A DNA stretch of 64,000 nt. Origin: the human T2T-CHM13v2.0 reference genome, Homo sapiens. Each line of letters begins with the position of its first letter. Position 1 is the first letter of the stretch. Below the pieces are notes generated by a model. That model made no database searches, was not told where the DNA came from, and saw nothing but the letters and a program-made list of their open reading frames with translations. A program made the translations under genes and the position numbers. Location: the NCBI RefSeq assembly GCF_009914755.1, contig NC_060933.1. One strand, given 5' to 3'. Below, piece by piece: positions 15,750-28,101 of this stretch.

Positions 15750-16163
15750 CTGGATTTGTTTCCTAGGGCTGCTGGAACAAAGCGCCACACACTCAGCAGC
15801 TTGGAATAACGGAAGTCTATTCTCTTGCAGTTCTGGAGGGCAGAGGTCTGAAACCCAGGTGTCAGCAGGGCCGTGCTCCGTCTGAGGCTCGGGGTGGAAT
15901 CTGTCCCTGCCTCGTGGCTTGTGGTCACGTGGCCATCTTCTTGCTGTGTCTGCATCTTCACATGGTGCTCTTCTCCCCTGTCTCTCCCGTTTCTTACAAG
16001 GACACCGGCCATACTGGACCAAGGGTCCACCCTGCTCCAGTATGACCTCATCTTAACTAATTACATCGGCAACGACCCCATTTCCAAACAAGGTCACATT
16101 CTGAGGTACTAGGGGTTAGGACTTCAACATATCTTTTGGGGTGACACAATTCAATCCATACCA
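15750..16163. mobile_element. MLT1 (B/C-like) LTR
   Basis: TTTCCTAGGGCTGCT...TATGACCTCATCTTAACTAATTACATC...ACAATTCAATCCATACCA. Confidence 0.8.
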
Positions 16164-19129
16164 GAGGCTTAACCTCCCAGGGACCCAGTGGGTGACTCTG
16201 GTGCTCCGCTGAGCCTCTCTGGACCTCGGTCTGTCCCCTTGTAAGACCAAGAGGCTGACACGTCATCCCTCAGGCACGCAGCTTGCGTCTCTCCAGCTCC
16301 TTTTGAAGAATCTTCTCTCCTCTTCTCACTGCGCCACCTCTGATCTCCAGCGCAGCAGCGTGGGGACAGGAGCTCAGATGATTCCTAACTCTATCTTCAC
16401 CATAAAACAAATATTTTGAAAAGCCTTTTGATGTCACTTTAATGGAGTGTGGAAAACACCGTTCAACCCCCCGCATTTTTAATTTCATCCTTTTTGCTAT
16501 TTTTTTTTCTCTTTTAAAGCTTGTGTTTGCTTTCATGTTACACGTTATTTATTTAGTTGCTTGTCAATTAGTGTCTATTCTCCAAGCGACAAGCACATTA
16601 GCAGCTGCAGAGATTGGAATTAAAATTCGCGGCCCAGTTGGTGCTACAGTAGCTGGGCCTACCCGACTGAGAAAACAGCACCTCTTTGTCATTTCAAAAG
16701 ATGACCTTCCTCTGGCTTCTTCCTGTTTCTGGCTTCAGATTTAATTCCTACTGACTCCTCCGTGGTCACCGCACGGGCGTGATGGCTTTAAGATGGATTT
16801 TTTTCAAATGCACAAAGGAAGATGTGGGCTCCCGTTAACAGCAGCCTTTGATGATGGTTACTGTAAAACAGGAGTCGGCTGGATTTGAATAACACGCTCT
16901 AAATTGCCACTCTGAGGATTTTAACTCAGACAGCCTAATACTCCACACCTCCACTCAGCAGTTCAGCAAACATTTAGTGAGGTGACACGACGTAGTAGAA
17001 ACAGTCAAACAGATCTGGCTGCACTATCAGCTCCTCGATTTACTGGGTACATGACTCTAAGCAAGTGGATTAACCTCACTGAGCTTTATTTATTCTTCTG
17101 AAAAATGGGAGAATTAAACCCAGCCACACAGTGATGTTGTAAGAACTGAGACTGTGTGTAGAGCTTTGCAATCCGAGCTTCCATGTCTGACTCCTCCAAT
17201 GAACCAGAGGCATTTGCTTACATGGGTTAATGTCACAGCCAGCAGGACTTTGGAGAAAAAGACTCATGAAGCTGAGGCTCCATGGCTCTGGGGTGGAGAT
17301 AGGAGGAGACTGTCTCCAGCCCAGCCCAGGCCTAGATCTGACCGCCGTTCACTTCAAGGCTGCAGGCAGAAGGCAGAGGAACTGTGATAACCCAGCCCAA
17401 GCAGGGTGGCTTCAGAACCCAACGACAAGGCAGGCAACCTGGGAGAGCAGTATTTTCTCATTTTCTGTTCTCAATATGCTACTGCACAGATCCAGGCAAT
17501 GGAGGTATTGGGATGACTTTTCTCTGCTCACATCCCCTTTCCACTAGGATCCCCTGTCCTGTCCCCGCCCAGTTAGATCCTAACACCAGCTCCCCTCTAC
17601 CACCCTCCCCTACCCCGCACTCCAGCCCCTTTTGCCATAACACATTTCCCCTCTAACAGAGGAGACCATGGGCTTATTACGGGCGTCCACTGCTAAAATC
17701 TAAGCAGGGGCCTTTGTTTTATCCCAAGGGCCCAGGACAGTGCCTACTCTGTAAATATTTGTGGAAAGATGACAACTGCAGGTGATGGGGCCTGACTTAT
17801 GGCAGAGCGGGGAGATGCAGTGAGGAGCACAAACCAAAGCAATGTTTAGGAGGAAGATATTCTTAACTTGCTCTGTGCAGCAGGAGCCTCAGGGGCTCTT
17901 TTCAAAAACAAGAAGCCCTGCACCTCGCCACAGACTCATCACACCGCAGTCTGTGGGACCAGGATTCTGATCCTCATGCTGAAGAGTCCCTGGTAATTCC
18001 AACGCAGCCAGAGCTGAGAACAGCCAGGGTTCTCGATGCAGCTGAGATGGAGAGACACAGGCTGAGAAGACACGAGTGCTGATCCCAGCTCTGCCTCCAG
18101 CTCGGGGTGTGATCTCGGGCAAGCGCTCGCCACACTCAGGGACTCATTTTTCCCATCTGGACCAGGAAGGGGTTGAGGCACTGGTTTTCACGGGATGTCC
18201 CTTGAAGCCCTAATGTTTGGTAGAGGGACCTCAGAGTGGGGGTGAGGCTTAGTGTGCTCCCAAGCACTCAGGACCCTGGGGGGCCCATCTTGGCTTGCCC
18301 TAGAGCTGACCCATCTGCTTTGTATATTGGGGTTCCACACAAGATTTCTTTTTGAACAAACGGTTCCAATTCACAGGTGTTTGGGAACCACAGGCTGGAC
18401 ACTGGCTGGGACTTGGGAGATGCTGGCGTTACCAGCTCTGGCCTCAGGGCTTCACCTTCTCCATCTGTCTAATGTGGGGTGGACCCAATCACCCCAAAGT
18501 GCCTTCTCACCTGGGAAGTTGGGGTATTCCAGTTTCATGGTAGCAGGAGTGTTGGGAAGAAGAAAGGGAACTGGGTGAAGACAGGAGACAGTGTCTGCTG
18601 AAGGACAACTATCATCACACAATATAACACTCTAATGGTGGAGTCTTTTATATGAGAATAGATATTATGGAGCACAGTTCCATCAAATGAATATAATAGA
18701 ATACAATGCACACTGTAATTACACATTTCAATAATTCCTTCAATACATTACATACAAGCATTCTGAAGTAATGGAGTCCTGGAACCATATATAATAACGT
18801 GCCTAAAGGGAGACCCTATGGGTGGTGACAGGCCTCCCAGCCGGCAGGGAGAAGCAAAACCTCCTCCAATCCTGGGCCACGTGGCTTCTCACTCTAATCT
18901 CTGAAGACTCTCTGGAGGAAGTCCTTGGTCCAAGCACCTGCCCACTGAGAAGAAATCCCTTCTACAACATCATCAACAGCTAGCAGACAGCCTCTGTAAC
19001 ATATCTCCAGGGATGGGGAGCTCACTACCTCACAGGTTATCTATTCAGTGGCCCCTGTCATTAGGAAATTACACACTACAAGCATATACATATCATCTCT
19101 AAATTTATATGATCAAACTTGTACTGACT

Positions 19130-19629
19130 GAGGCACGAGATTCATTTGCTACCGCTGTCATAACAAATCAGCACAAACCTTGTGGCTTAAAACAACACAC
19201 ATTTATTATCATCTTACAGTTCCATAGGCAGAAGTCTGACATGGGTCTCACTGGGTTAAAATCAAGGAGTAGGCAGGACTATGCTGTTTTTCTGGGGCCT
19301 TTAGGGGAGATTCTGTTTCCTGCATTTTCCATCTTCCCGAAGTCACTTATGTTCCTTGACTCTTGGCCCCTCCCTCTGTCTTCAGCCACTCTCTGATCCT
19401 TTCCCTGGTGTCACATCTCTCTCTGGCCACAGCTGGGAAAGGTTCTTCTCCCTTAAGGAACCATGGAATTAGAGTGGGCCTACCTGGATAATCCAGAAAG
19501 ATCTCCCATCTCAAGGTCTTTAACTTTAATCACCTCTGTAAATTCCCTTTTGTCATATAAAGTAACATATTCACAGGTTCCGGGATTAGAGTATGGACAT
19601 CTTTAGGGGCTGTTGTTCTGCCTACCACA
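19130..19629. mobile_element. MLT1-type LTR
   Basis: GTGGCTTAAAACAACACACATTTATT...CTGCCTACCACA. Confidence 0.75.
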
Positions 19630-21471
19630 GGCGCTATTTTATCATTACAATACCTGACTTATTGTGACTTCCTCTTCATCTGTACAAAGGAGATCATAAT
19701 GCTTTATGGCATTAAATGTGACTATACACCTGTAGTGCCTGGCATATACATGTTTGACGAATGGCAAGCAAATTCAGTGAACTGAGGTGAAAGTATCAAT
19801 GATATGATCCACTTTGTCAATATCCTTCCTAAAGCAAGGCACAGGAAATGATCACAAGGCCCACAGAACAGTTGGACAAGTCATGGAGGTCTGACAAGAG
19901 CCAAATAATTCACCTCTCTTGTTTGGACTCTGTATCTCTATTAATGCAGCCAAGGCATCGTTAGCATTTTAGACTTCTTCTTTGGTCTCAGTTAACTTAG
20001 TTGCTTGTAGTCAATTAAGACCCTAAGACCATCTCCAGTTACAAGGGATCATACCCCTGTTATAGGGAGACGAATTGAGGCATAAAGGATGAAGGCCCAG
20101 AGGTGATGCCTGAGGTAAAGATGAGTGGGAGTGAGTCAGGCCCAGGATGTGGGTGACGGACATTTCAGAACAGTAGACGCAGGTGCAAAGCCCAGAGCTG
20201 CAGGATGCCGAGGAGATGGTCTCAGGGGCCTGCAAGAAGTGTGGCAAGAATAGCAACTTCATGGATGGGGGCCGAGGAGATCATCAAGGACAAGCCCCGA
20301 TCTATGGGAGATGAAGGCCAAGGCCAGATGGGAAGGCTTGGATGCAGTGGAGGAGTGGGGACTTGGTCTTGGGAGGGTTTGCAAGCAGAGAAGTGACATG
20401 ATTGTCTTGCAATTGACAAGATCATCCTGGATGTGGGCAGAGACAGTGAGGGGTGGGGGCATGCGCAGGAGACAGGGAGACCCGTGAGAAGACTGCTTCC
20501 TTCACCCAGGCCGGAGGCGCCCAGGCTGGCTGCAGGCAAGCGGTGTTTAAGTAGGAGGTGGACATGGAGAGGAGAGGAGAGGAGAGGATACGACAGAGTG
20601 GAAAGGAGAAGGAAGCAGAATCCGCTGGGCTGGGGGGAGGACAGGATGGCCTGTTGCAGAGCCTGGAGGAGCTCTGAACTCAAAGACAGGGAACTCTCCA
20701 GGGAGGAGGAGGCTTGGGTAGAAAAAAGTCGTTACCCCCACCTTAAAGGTGAGGCTGGAAACTGAGGCTGGGAGAGTTCAAATCACCTCTGTTTCTGTGA
20801 CACAGCCCCTTGCTAGGCAGTTGCTTGGACCACTGTCCTGTCTCCAGACAGAGGAGCTGCCTGCGGCTGGGTCACTGGCTCACTAGAGGTGGGGCCAGGA
20901 GACTGCAGGTAAAACAGGAGTCCCAGGTAGTCCCCGGGGAGGCCACCCCCTGGCCTCATCTGAGTAGGAGGCCGGGTTCCTTTCTTGCCATCAGCCTTCC
21001 TGCAACAGCAGCGAGAAGAGAGTGGGCTTCTGTGTCCTCACAGCCATGGGGCTCACTGCCTGGGCAATGACCGAGTCCCTCACCCCCTCCCCTGACTGGC
21101 CTCTCGTCTAGAGTTTTCTTTCTGCCTCCTCCCAGGGCTTTCTCCTTCATCGCTGGAATAATCACCATTGTTTTCCCAATGCCACACACACAAAAAAGGC
21201 CCAAATCTCCAGTACCTTGTGTCCAACCTCGTGTTTCATGCCCCGGCCACACTCCACTACCATGGGTCCCTCAGTGGCCTCCATGCCTTTGCACAGGCTG
21301 TTTCCTCCCCTACCACAACCCTGTAGATTCTGCCCACCTTGAAAGATGCAGTTGGCATTCCATACTGTTCCATACTTTCCGTACTGCTCTTTCTCTGTGG
21401 AGGTGCCCACACCACTGGCTGGGCCAGAAACCTGCAGCATGGACCCTCTCCTCCTCACCCCCGCCGCCAGG

Positions 21472-21482
21472 GCGCGCACACA

Positions 21483-21537
<55 letters not shown>
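21472..21537. repeat. (GC)3(AC)3 T (CA)26 microsatellite
   Basis: Seen directly; the pure CA run spans 21485-21536. Confidence 0.97.
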
Positions 21538-21539
<2 letters not shown>

Positions 21540-24500
21540 GTCCTCAGGTCCTCATAAGTGTCCCAAATCCACCCTGCCTCTCTGTTGCCGGCCCCTGACC
21601 AGGTGAGGACACTCCAGCCTGCACCCTGGACACTCGGCAACATCCCCCAACCCCTTCCCAGACAAAAACTTACCCGTGCCTCCCCTGCTGCTCCCGATGA
21701 CACCCACCCGCCTCAAGCTGCCACTGGAGGCACTGCCTATGCCGCTGACTGAATTCTAAGCTCTAGCCAGACCAATGCACCACTCACAGACCCTAGTCCC
21801 TGCTGTTTCCTCTGCCTAGGAGCCCCACCCCCACCCCTTCTCCACCCCACAATTCCCAGTTGGCCTTTACTGTTCATCCAGGGTCACCCGAGGACACCTT
21901 CCCTGCTCACCTCCAAGGCCGAGTAGGAGCTCATTTTCTGGGTGCCCACGGCCCCTTGTGACCATTTATCACGACCACGGATCACCTGTGTGCTGGCCTG
22001 TCTCCCATGCTTGACTGGGAGTGCCTCGGGGGCCCGCGGGGCTCTGGGAGCTCTGGGCTTGGGTAGGTGCCAGCAGATGTTGAGTGTGTAACTGTGACTG
22101 TCTCCAAATACTTTCCTATGTTGAGTGTCCACACCTCGCCCACCTGTCTCTCCCTCCCACACCCACTCCACACTCTCCAGGTGGGCTCCCAGCCACTGGC
22201 TTCCACCACAAAGGAGCCCTGGGCCTGGTCACTCTCTGTCTGTGGCCCCCGACCCCACCATTGTTTTGGCTAAAGAAGAGGGCGAGGCCAGGGCGACCTT
22301 GTTCTCTTATTTCCCTGTGTCTGCCCACACCGTCGGCCAGTGTCACACACGGGCTGGGACCACATGCTGTTCTGTTTGGAACGAGAAAGTGGCATTAATA
22401 CAAACAGAGGGTCGTTTTAGACCTGAAACCATGTAATTAAGCTCTCCCGTGAATGCCTGTTAACAAGGAGGTGCTTTCGCATTTGAGAGAAGCACGTGTG
22501 GGAGGGCGCTTGGTAGCCACCATGCACTTAGTCCCATTGTGATCCAGCTGGAGGGGTGAGCCCTGCCCAGTGCTGCCCTCTCGGGTCAGGCAAGGCCGGC
22601 GGCTTCCCAGGGAATGGGGTCAATGGGAAAAGAGGGGACTTGGGCAACCCTGAGGACAAAGAGGTCTAAAAGGTTGAGTCAGAAGCAACTCCAACTGCCT
22701 GCCTCCCAGCGAGGATGAGGCCCCTCTGGGCCTCACCAGGAGCAGGGCTGGACTTTGGACCACTGGCAGGAACTGCCTGAGTGGGCCGCAAGTGGAAGCA
22801 GACGCTGCCAGTGTGGGCTGCACTCCAGCCTGACCAGCTGCCTGGGCACTCGCCAAACTAAACTGCACTCACACGCAGCGGCAGGGAGCTGGGCTCTGTA
22901 GCCTACGGGCCTCCATCTGAAGCTGTGTGATCTTGGGCGGGTCACTCTGTGCCCCAGTCCTTCATATGAAAAAAGCAGTCCCTCCCACCCAGGGCTGTCA
23001 CAATGACTGCCTATGATGATGTTCCAAAGACAGCCAGGCTCCCAGGACCCCAGGTCTAAGCAAATGTTCCCTATTCACTATATTACTTGTCTGTTCTCCC
23101 GACCAACCTGAGTTCCTCCAGAAGGAGGCTGGCGAAGCTTTGGCAATGTTTGCTGAGTGAATATATTTGCTGGCCCTGTCCCAGGCAGCGGGGCTGGTGT
23201 GAGCAAATCACATGAGGTCTGTGTTCTCACGGAGCTTCAGGTCAATGACAGGGAGAGGAAGGACCCAAAGTCACACAGCGGCCAAGTGCCAGTGAGGGGG
23301 GATCATCACGCTCTGATCATGCAGAATAGGGGCTCCTGATCGGGAAGCCATCTCTGACTAGCAGGAGAAGCCACGGTGAGAGCATGCTAGGCAGGCTGCA
23401 GCATGTGCAAAGGTCCTGTGGACAGAGACAAAAGCCCTAAGAGACTAGAGCACAGGGAGCCAAGAAGGCAGACAGGGGGGCTCAGGGAACTGAGGGCTTG
23501 CTGACCACACTAGGTGTGGTGAGAGGCATCCCATATTTTAAACAAGGGGGATAGTATGATTTGCTTTCCCTTTTAAAGAATCACTCTAGCTGTGGTCTGG
23601 CAGACATTTGGAGGGGTGGGTGGATGTGGGAGGCCAACTGGACAGTAAGCTGTCCAGGTGAGAGTTAATGGTCACTTGGACTGAGGTGGCACTGGAGATG
23701 AATGAAGCGATGGCCTTGGGAGATACAAGTGGAGAGAGTGGCCCTGATCATGGATGGGATATGGAGGGTGAGGGAGGAGGTGCAAGGATGTCTCTAGCAT
23801 GTGCTGCTGGCCAAAGGCAGACCCTTCACTGAGGTGAATAGATGAACCCCTGCAATTTGGCCATGTCTGGGCCTCACAGTTAGCCACTGTATATCTTTCC
23901 ACATCTCATAATTTTTGTGAGTAAGGAAACCGAGGCTTGGTTCCACTAGAAGGCCCCACCTGGGGAGCCGGGTCTCTGGATCTGCTCACCCCCATCCTAC
24001 CTGGCACCCATCTGTGGCAAGAGGTAAACAGGTCTAGCCCCTGAGGCAGAGTCCGGGGCTTCTCAGGAGATGGGATGAGTGATTTTGATAATTGCATTTT
24101 TGAGTTAGCCTTAAAATATGGCCAAGATTGAAGAGGCAATTTGGCAGGGCCGGATCCCCCAGGCAGGTTTCTCGGTTTCCACAATGCCGAGAACTTATTA
24201 ACAAGATCACTCTTTCTCCCTTCCACCACCCACTTACAAGCAGTTCTCGGGGCTGCTGTGTTGAGGAATTCAATTGTGGGTCTCTGGGCTCCTGCTCTGG
24301 TCATCCAGAGACATTTTGTTGGAAAGGGTAGACTGAGAATACTTCGATTTGTAACAGGGAAATGCTGCAGTTTCTCGAAGAGATGGCATTTTGGGGGAAT
24401 ACTGATAATCCAAGGGACATCAGGTTTTAACAGACTCAGGTTCAAATTCTGGCTACATCCCTCAGTCTTCTCATTTGTAAAATGGGTGAGGTGGTGCAGA

Positions 24501-25388
24501 TTACTGAGATGCACAGTGTGGCTACTGCCATCCCAGGTGAGCGCCGGCCTGAGGCGCGAGGATTTTACTCTCCAGGACCCCGATAGGGACGTTGGGATGT
24601 GGGCCTCGGAAGTGAGATAAAAGCACCATTTCCAAGGTAGGGCAAGCAGGGGGCCCTGGGCCTGTCTCCCAATCCTCTCACTATATATTTAGTCCCTGCA
24701 GCTGTTTCTCTCAGGTGCAGCTCCTCCAGCACACGTGGTGATTAATTTCACTGAAGGGAAATTGACGCATTTTCTGATTACTGCTTCAAAGCCTCCCGAA
24801 TTCAGCTGCTGGTAAAATTAACTCACCAGGGACAATGGAGCTTTTTCCAAGGTCCAAATTGTCTTATTTGCAGTTTGTTCTTGGCATTAATCCAGCCCAA
24901 ACAAACCAGGCTGCTCCTCCACCTCCCAGAAGAGGGAGGGCCTTCACTAGCCCAAGGTTGAAAGTATTTTACGTGACTCTAAACTGGCGGATAAAAATGC
25001 ACTTCGTTTTAGATTATTGTGTTCCTGAAAAGCTGTGGGTGACCTGAAGCAAATGGCCAGCTGGGCTCCTGGAGCCCCTCCTCTGCAGCTCCTGCTCCAG
25101 GCGTGCCTGGGTTCACCAACCAGACGGGCCTGGGATGTACCAGAATCCAATGTGGATCTCTCCTCCAATCCCTGCACCTCAAGCCCTTGCCAATGACCAA
25201 GTTCAGCTCCCATGGGCTGTGCACTGACCATGTGCCAGGCAAGGTAGGACTCTTCCCCTGTGGGGACATCTGAGCCCAGGTCTGACTTCCAGGCCTTGCC
25301 TGAGCTGCATCTACTACACTGTACAACCTCCTCCCCTCCTCCCCACTGCCCCCGCAACCACACATGCTTACATTTGCGCACACCTGCC

Positions 25389-25913
25389 TGGAGGGTAAAC
25401 ACCCTGACAGCAATAGCTTAAGCACAACCTTAGAACGACCCTGTATGGCAGACGCGTCTTAATGTTGTTCTGAGCTAGAGAATCTAGGAGTGGCCAACCC
25501 GGAGATTTGTTCCTTGTTTGTGAGGAGTATCTGAGCCCCCAAGCCCGTCTCATGGGACATGGGCTGTACAGGGAACTGAGGCCCTGAGTTTTGGGTTAAA
25601 AAAAGGTTCCCAGGTAGAGGTCCTTGGGGGAAGGTTAAGTGAAAATGCTATATAAACTGCATGCTGTTTATAAGTGGTGATGGTTTTCCTGCCCCACCTG
25701 GGCCGTGGGCTGTGTTGTTCAGCCGCTGCCACTGAACCATCTGTTTCTGTACGAAAAGCAGTTCTCCTGTCCAGCCTGCCGCCTCTGGACTGTTCCCCTG
25801 TATGTAAGCCCCTAATAAAGCCCACATCCTGTTTGCTGGCTCTGTGGGTCTCTTCTCAGGCCCCTTGAACCTGGTGCCTCCCCTACTGAGGTTAATAGGG
25901 GTTTGGCACAACA
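25389..25913 (+). mobile_element. Solo ERV LTR (ERVL-class; LTR47-like from recollection)
   Basis: TG...CA termini, 5-bp TSD CTGCC/CAGCC, TATATAAA at 25649-25656, AATAAA at 25814-25819. Confidence 0.75.
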
Positions 25914-27159
25914 CAGCCATAGAACTTAAAACAGTACTTTAAAACTTGCTTAAGACCAGCCACTGAGACACTGAAGAAGAGTCACCGATTTGTGGAAAGG
26001 GCCTTGTTGTTCAGCTGCTTTCAAAATCTGAGGCTCCGAACTCTGTAACAGTACTGGACAAGAGTAACTCTCATTTACAGAAGCACAAGACTCGGGACGG
26101 GAACCAGGCCTCCTGCTCCACAGCGCCACACCGACCCAGCTTCCATTTAGGAAGTCAACTGTTGTGACTGCTTGCGAAAGGCACTCCAGTGACATTATGG
26201 CTCAATCTGAGTTTTCACACACTGGTACGTATTCTACCGAGGTACACCTGTGCAAATATTTCTCAGGAAGAGCACAGATGGCAGGAACCGAAGCAGAAAG
26301 GGTCTGTACTGCCCACTTCCTCCGCCCCTCTCTTAATGGATGGGGAGACAGGCAAAGTGGCATGAGGCCACTCCCCGGACTCCCAGCCGGGGCTGCTGCA
26401 CCCTACGCTTCCAGCAAGTGCAATCCCGTCTCCTCCCCTCACCATCGTGTCTGGGGAGCTGGGCGCCAGGTCAGGTGCTGGCAATTCCGTGGTCAACACA
26501 AGCCTCTGCTCTCCAGGGGCTCAGAGGATTTGCACAGTGGTGTGGGGGCTGCGGGAGCAGAGGTGGGGCATTTCACCTAGTATCGGGTCAGGAGAGGCTT
26601 CCCCAAGGGCAGAAAAAATATTTCTAAAGGACCATTCAAAGCTAACTAGAAAAAGAAAGGGTGGGAGGAGCATGTCCAAGAGGGCGCAGCCTGGGTTAGA
26701 CTGGGGAGAACACTGTTCCGTTTGCCTGGAACACAGAGTGGAGCGGGAGGAGGCGAGATGGGCAAGGAGCTGGAGGTGCCAGCAAGGCTTGTAAACCTTG
26801 TTAGGGGCTCGGGCTTGGATCAGAGGGTAGTGGGAAGCCGCTAAAGTGTTTTGGCTGGGGGCATCTTGGTCAGAGGCAGCGATGTGGATGGCTGATGACA
26901 CACCCCTGTCATCACGGGAACAATGCAAATGCCACATTCCAGCTCTGGGCCTCACTCTGCTCTTTGCTAAATCGGGAATGGCACCACTGCAAGGGCTGCT
27001 GTCCAGCAGACTGTGAGATGCTGAGCACACACCAGTGCCCATGGCCACGCTGCACGGAGGTGCTCTTCTCTGGACACTTGAACGAGCTCAGCAGTGAGCC
27101 ATGCGACTCGTGGAACCCTGGCCTGTCCCACTTGGGATTTTGGGACCTGGGCTTTGAGG

Positions 27160-27211
27160 CGCCACACAAAACAACAGAATCGTCAAGGTGAAATGAAATG
27201 AATCATTTAAT
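27160..27211 (-). terminator. Distal poly(A) signal ATTAAA (27206-27211) with downstream GU-rich element
   Basis: Minus strand ATTAAA followed ~30 nt later by TCTGTTGTTTTGTGTGG; implies a 3' UTR of ~360 nt. Confidence 0.8.
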
Positions 27212-27528
27212 GAGAATCTTCAAACTGTGGCACTGGCTGAGTACTAAGCAAATCCAGGGGAAGACGTGAAGCCCACCAAGGCGCACAGCCTCAACTCCGG
27301 TGCCTGCCCCTGATCTGAAATACAACATCCAAGAGCTCGAGGCCTTTTTACCACCCGTTTGTGGAGCACCTGCACCTTTCTGACAACAACTCTCAAGCCA
27401 ACTTTCAGAGAGAAAACATGAAGGGAAAAAATAGATTTCCTTTGGCCAGACAGCTCTTTCTTCCTCAATAAATAGGAACCACACTTGGAACAAAGAGACA
27501 GCGTGAGCTCGGTGGGGGAAGCACAAGC

Positions 27529-27534
27529 TTTATT
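27529..27534 (-). terminator. Candidate proximal poly(A) signal AATAAA
   Basis: 15 nt past the stop codon; followed by TGTCTCTTTGTT and GTGTGGTT. Confidence 0.5.
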
Positions 27535-27549
27535 GGCTGAAAGTTCTTC

Positions 27550-27606
27550 TCAGGAGCCTGGTCTGCTGGGACTGCATGTTCCTGGATGGGCTCCCCCAGG
27601 CCTAAG
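27550..27606 (-). CDS. CDK5RAP2: CDK5RAP2 exon 38, coding part (LRPGGAHPGTCSPSRPGS*)
   Basis: Long pyrimidine tract then CCTAG|CTT; TGA stop at 27550-27552. Confidence 0.95.
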   Translation of the reverse strand, partial: LRPGGAHPGTCSPSRPGS

Positions 27607-28054
27607 CTAGGAAAAGGAAGAAAAAAAAGGAGAATTTTAAGTCCAAAGGAGGTTTCTGAAGTAAGACCCCGACAGAGGTGAAAGCGAGACTGTTATTCTC
27701 AAAGTGCTTTCAAAGACATAGTTTGGTCAGTAAATATTTACCTAATAAACAACGATGAGATCATACTGTATTCATTCATTCAAGAAATATTCATCAAATG
27801 CCTACTATGTGTCAAGCATTGTTTGCTGTATTTCTTACTGGTAAAAATAGCATACAAATTTAAAACTTAGAACCCCTACTGGCGACAGGGCATGATAAAA
27901 CACAACTTTTCATGCACTGCTGGCAGAAACAACTCTCTGAGGAGGACATGTCCCCTGGTTCCACCTGCACCTTCATTTTTCAAGAGGTCCTTTCTGGCCC
28001 TGCACTCCTCCTGACCTTCCACTGGCCTGCAGTGAAAAGACTCAAAGGGCATAC

Positions 28055-28101
28055 CTCCAGGTTTCCTCTGGCCTTCCGAAGGATTTTGTGGGTTACGACC
28101 A
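28055..28101 (-). CDS. CDK5RAP2: CDK5RAP2 exon 37 (47 nt; LVVTHKILRKARGNLE, CM2-like C-terminal motif)
   Basis: Within ORF 27980..28279; acceptor CCTCAG|TG, donor GAG|GTATGC. Confidence 0.95.

Noticed and set aside
23943-23956. CTCF-like CCACTAGAAGGCCC (and partial matches near 16330 and 31150)
   Set aside because: They mismatch at core positions and are expected by chance in 64 kb.
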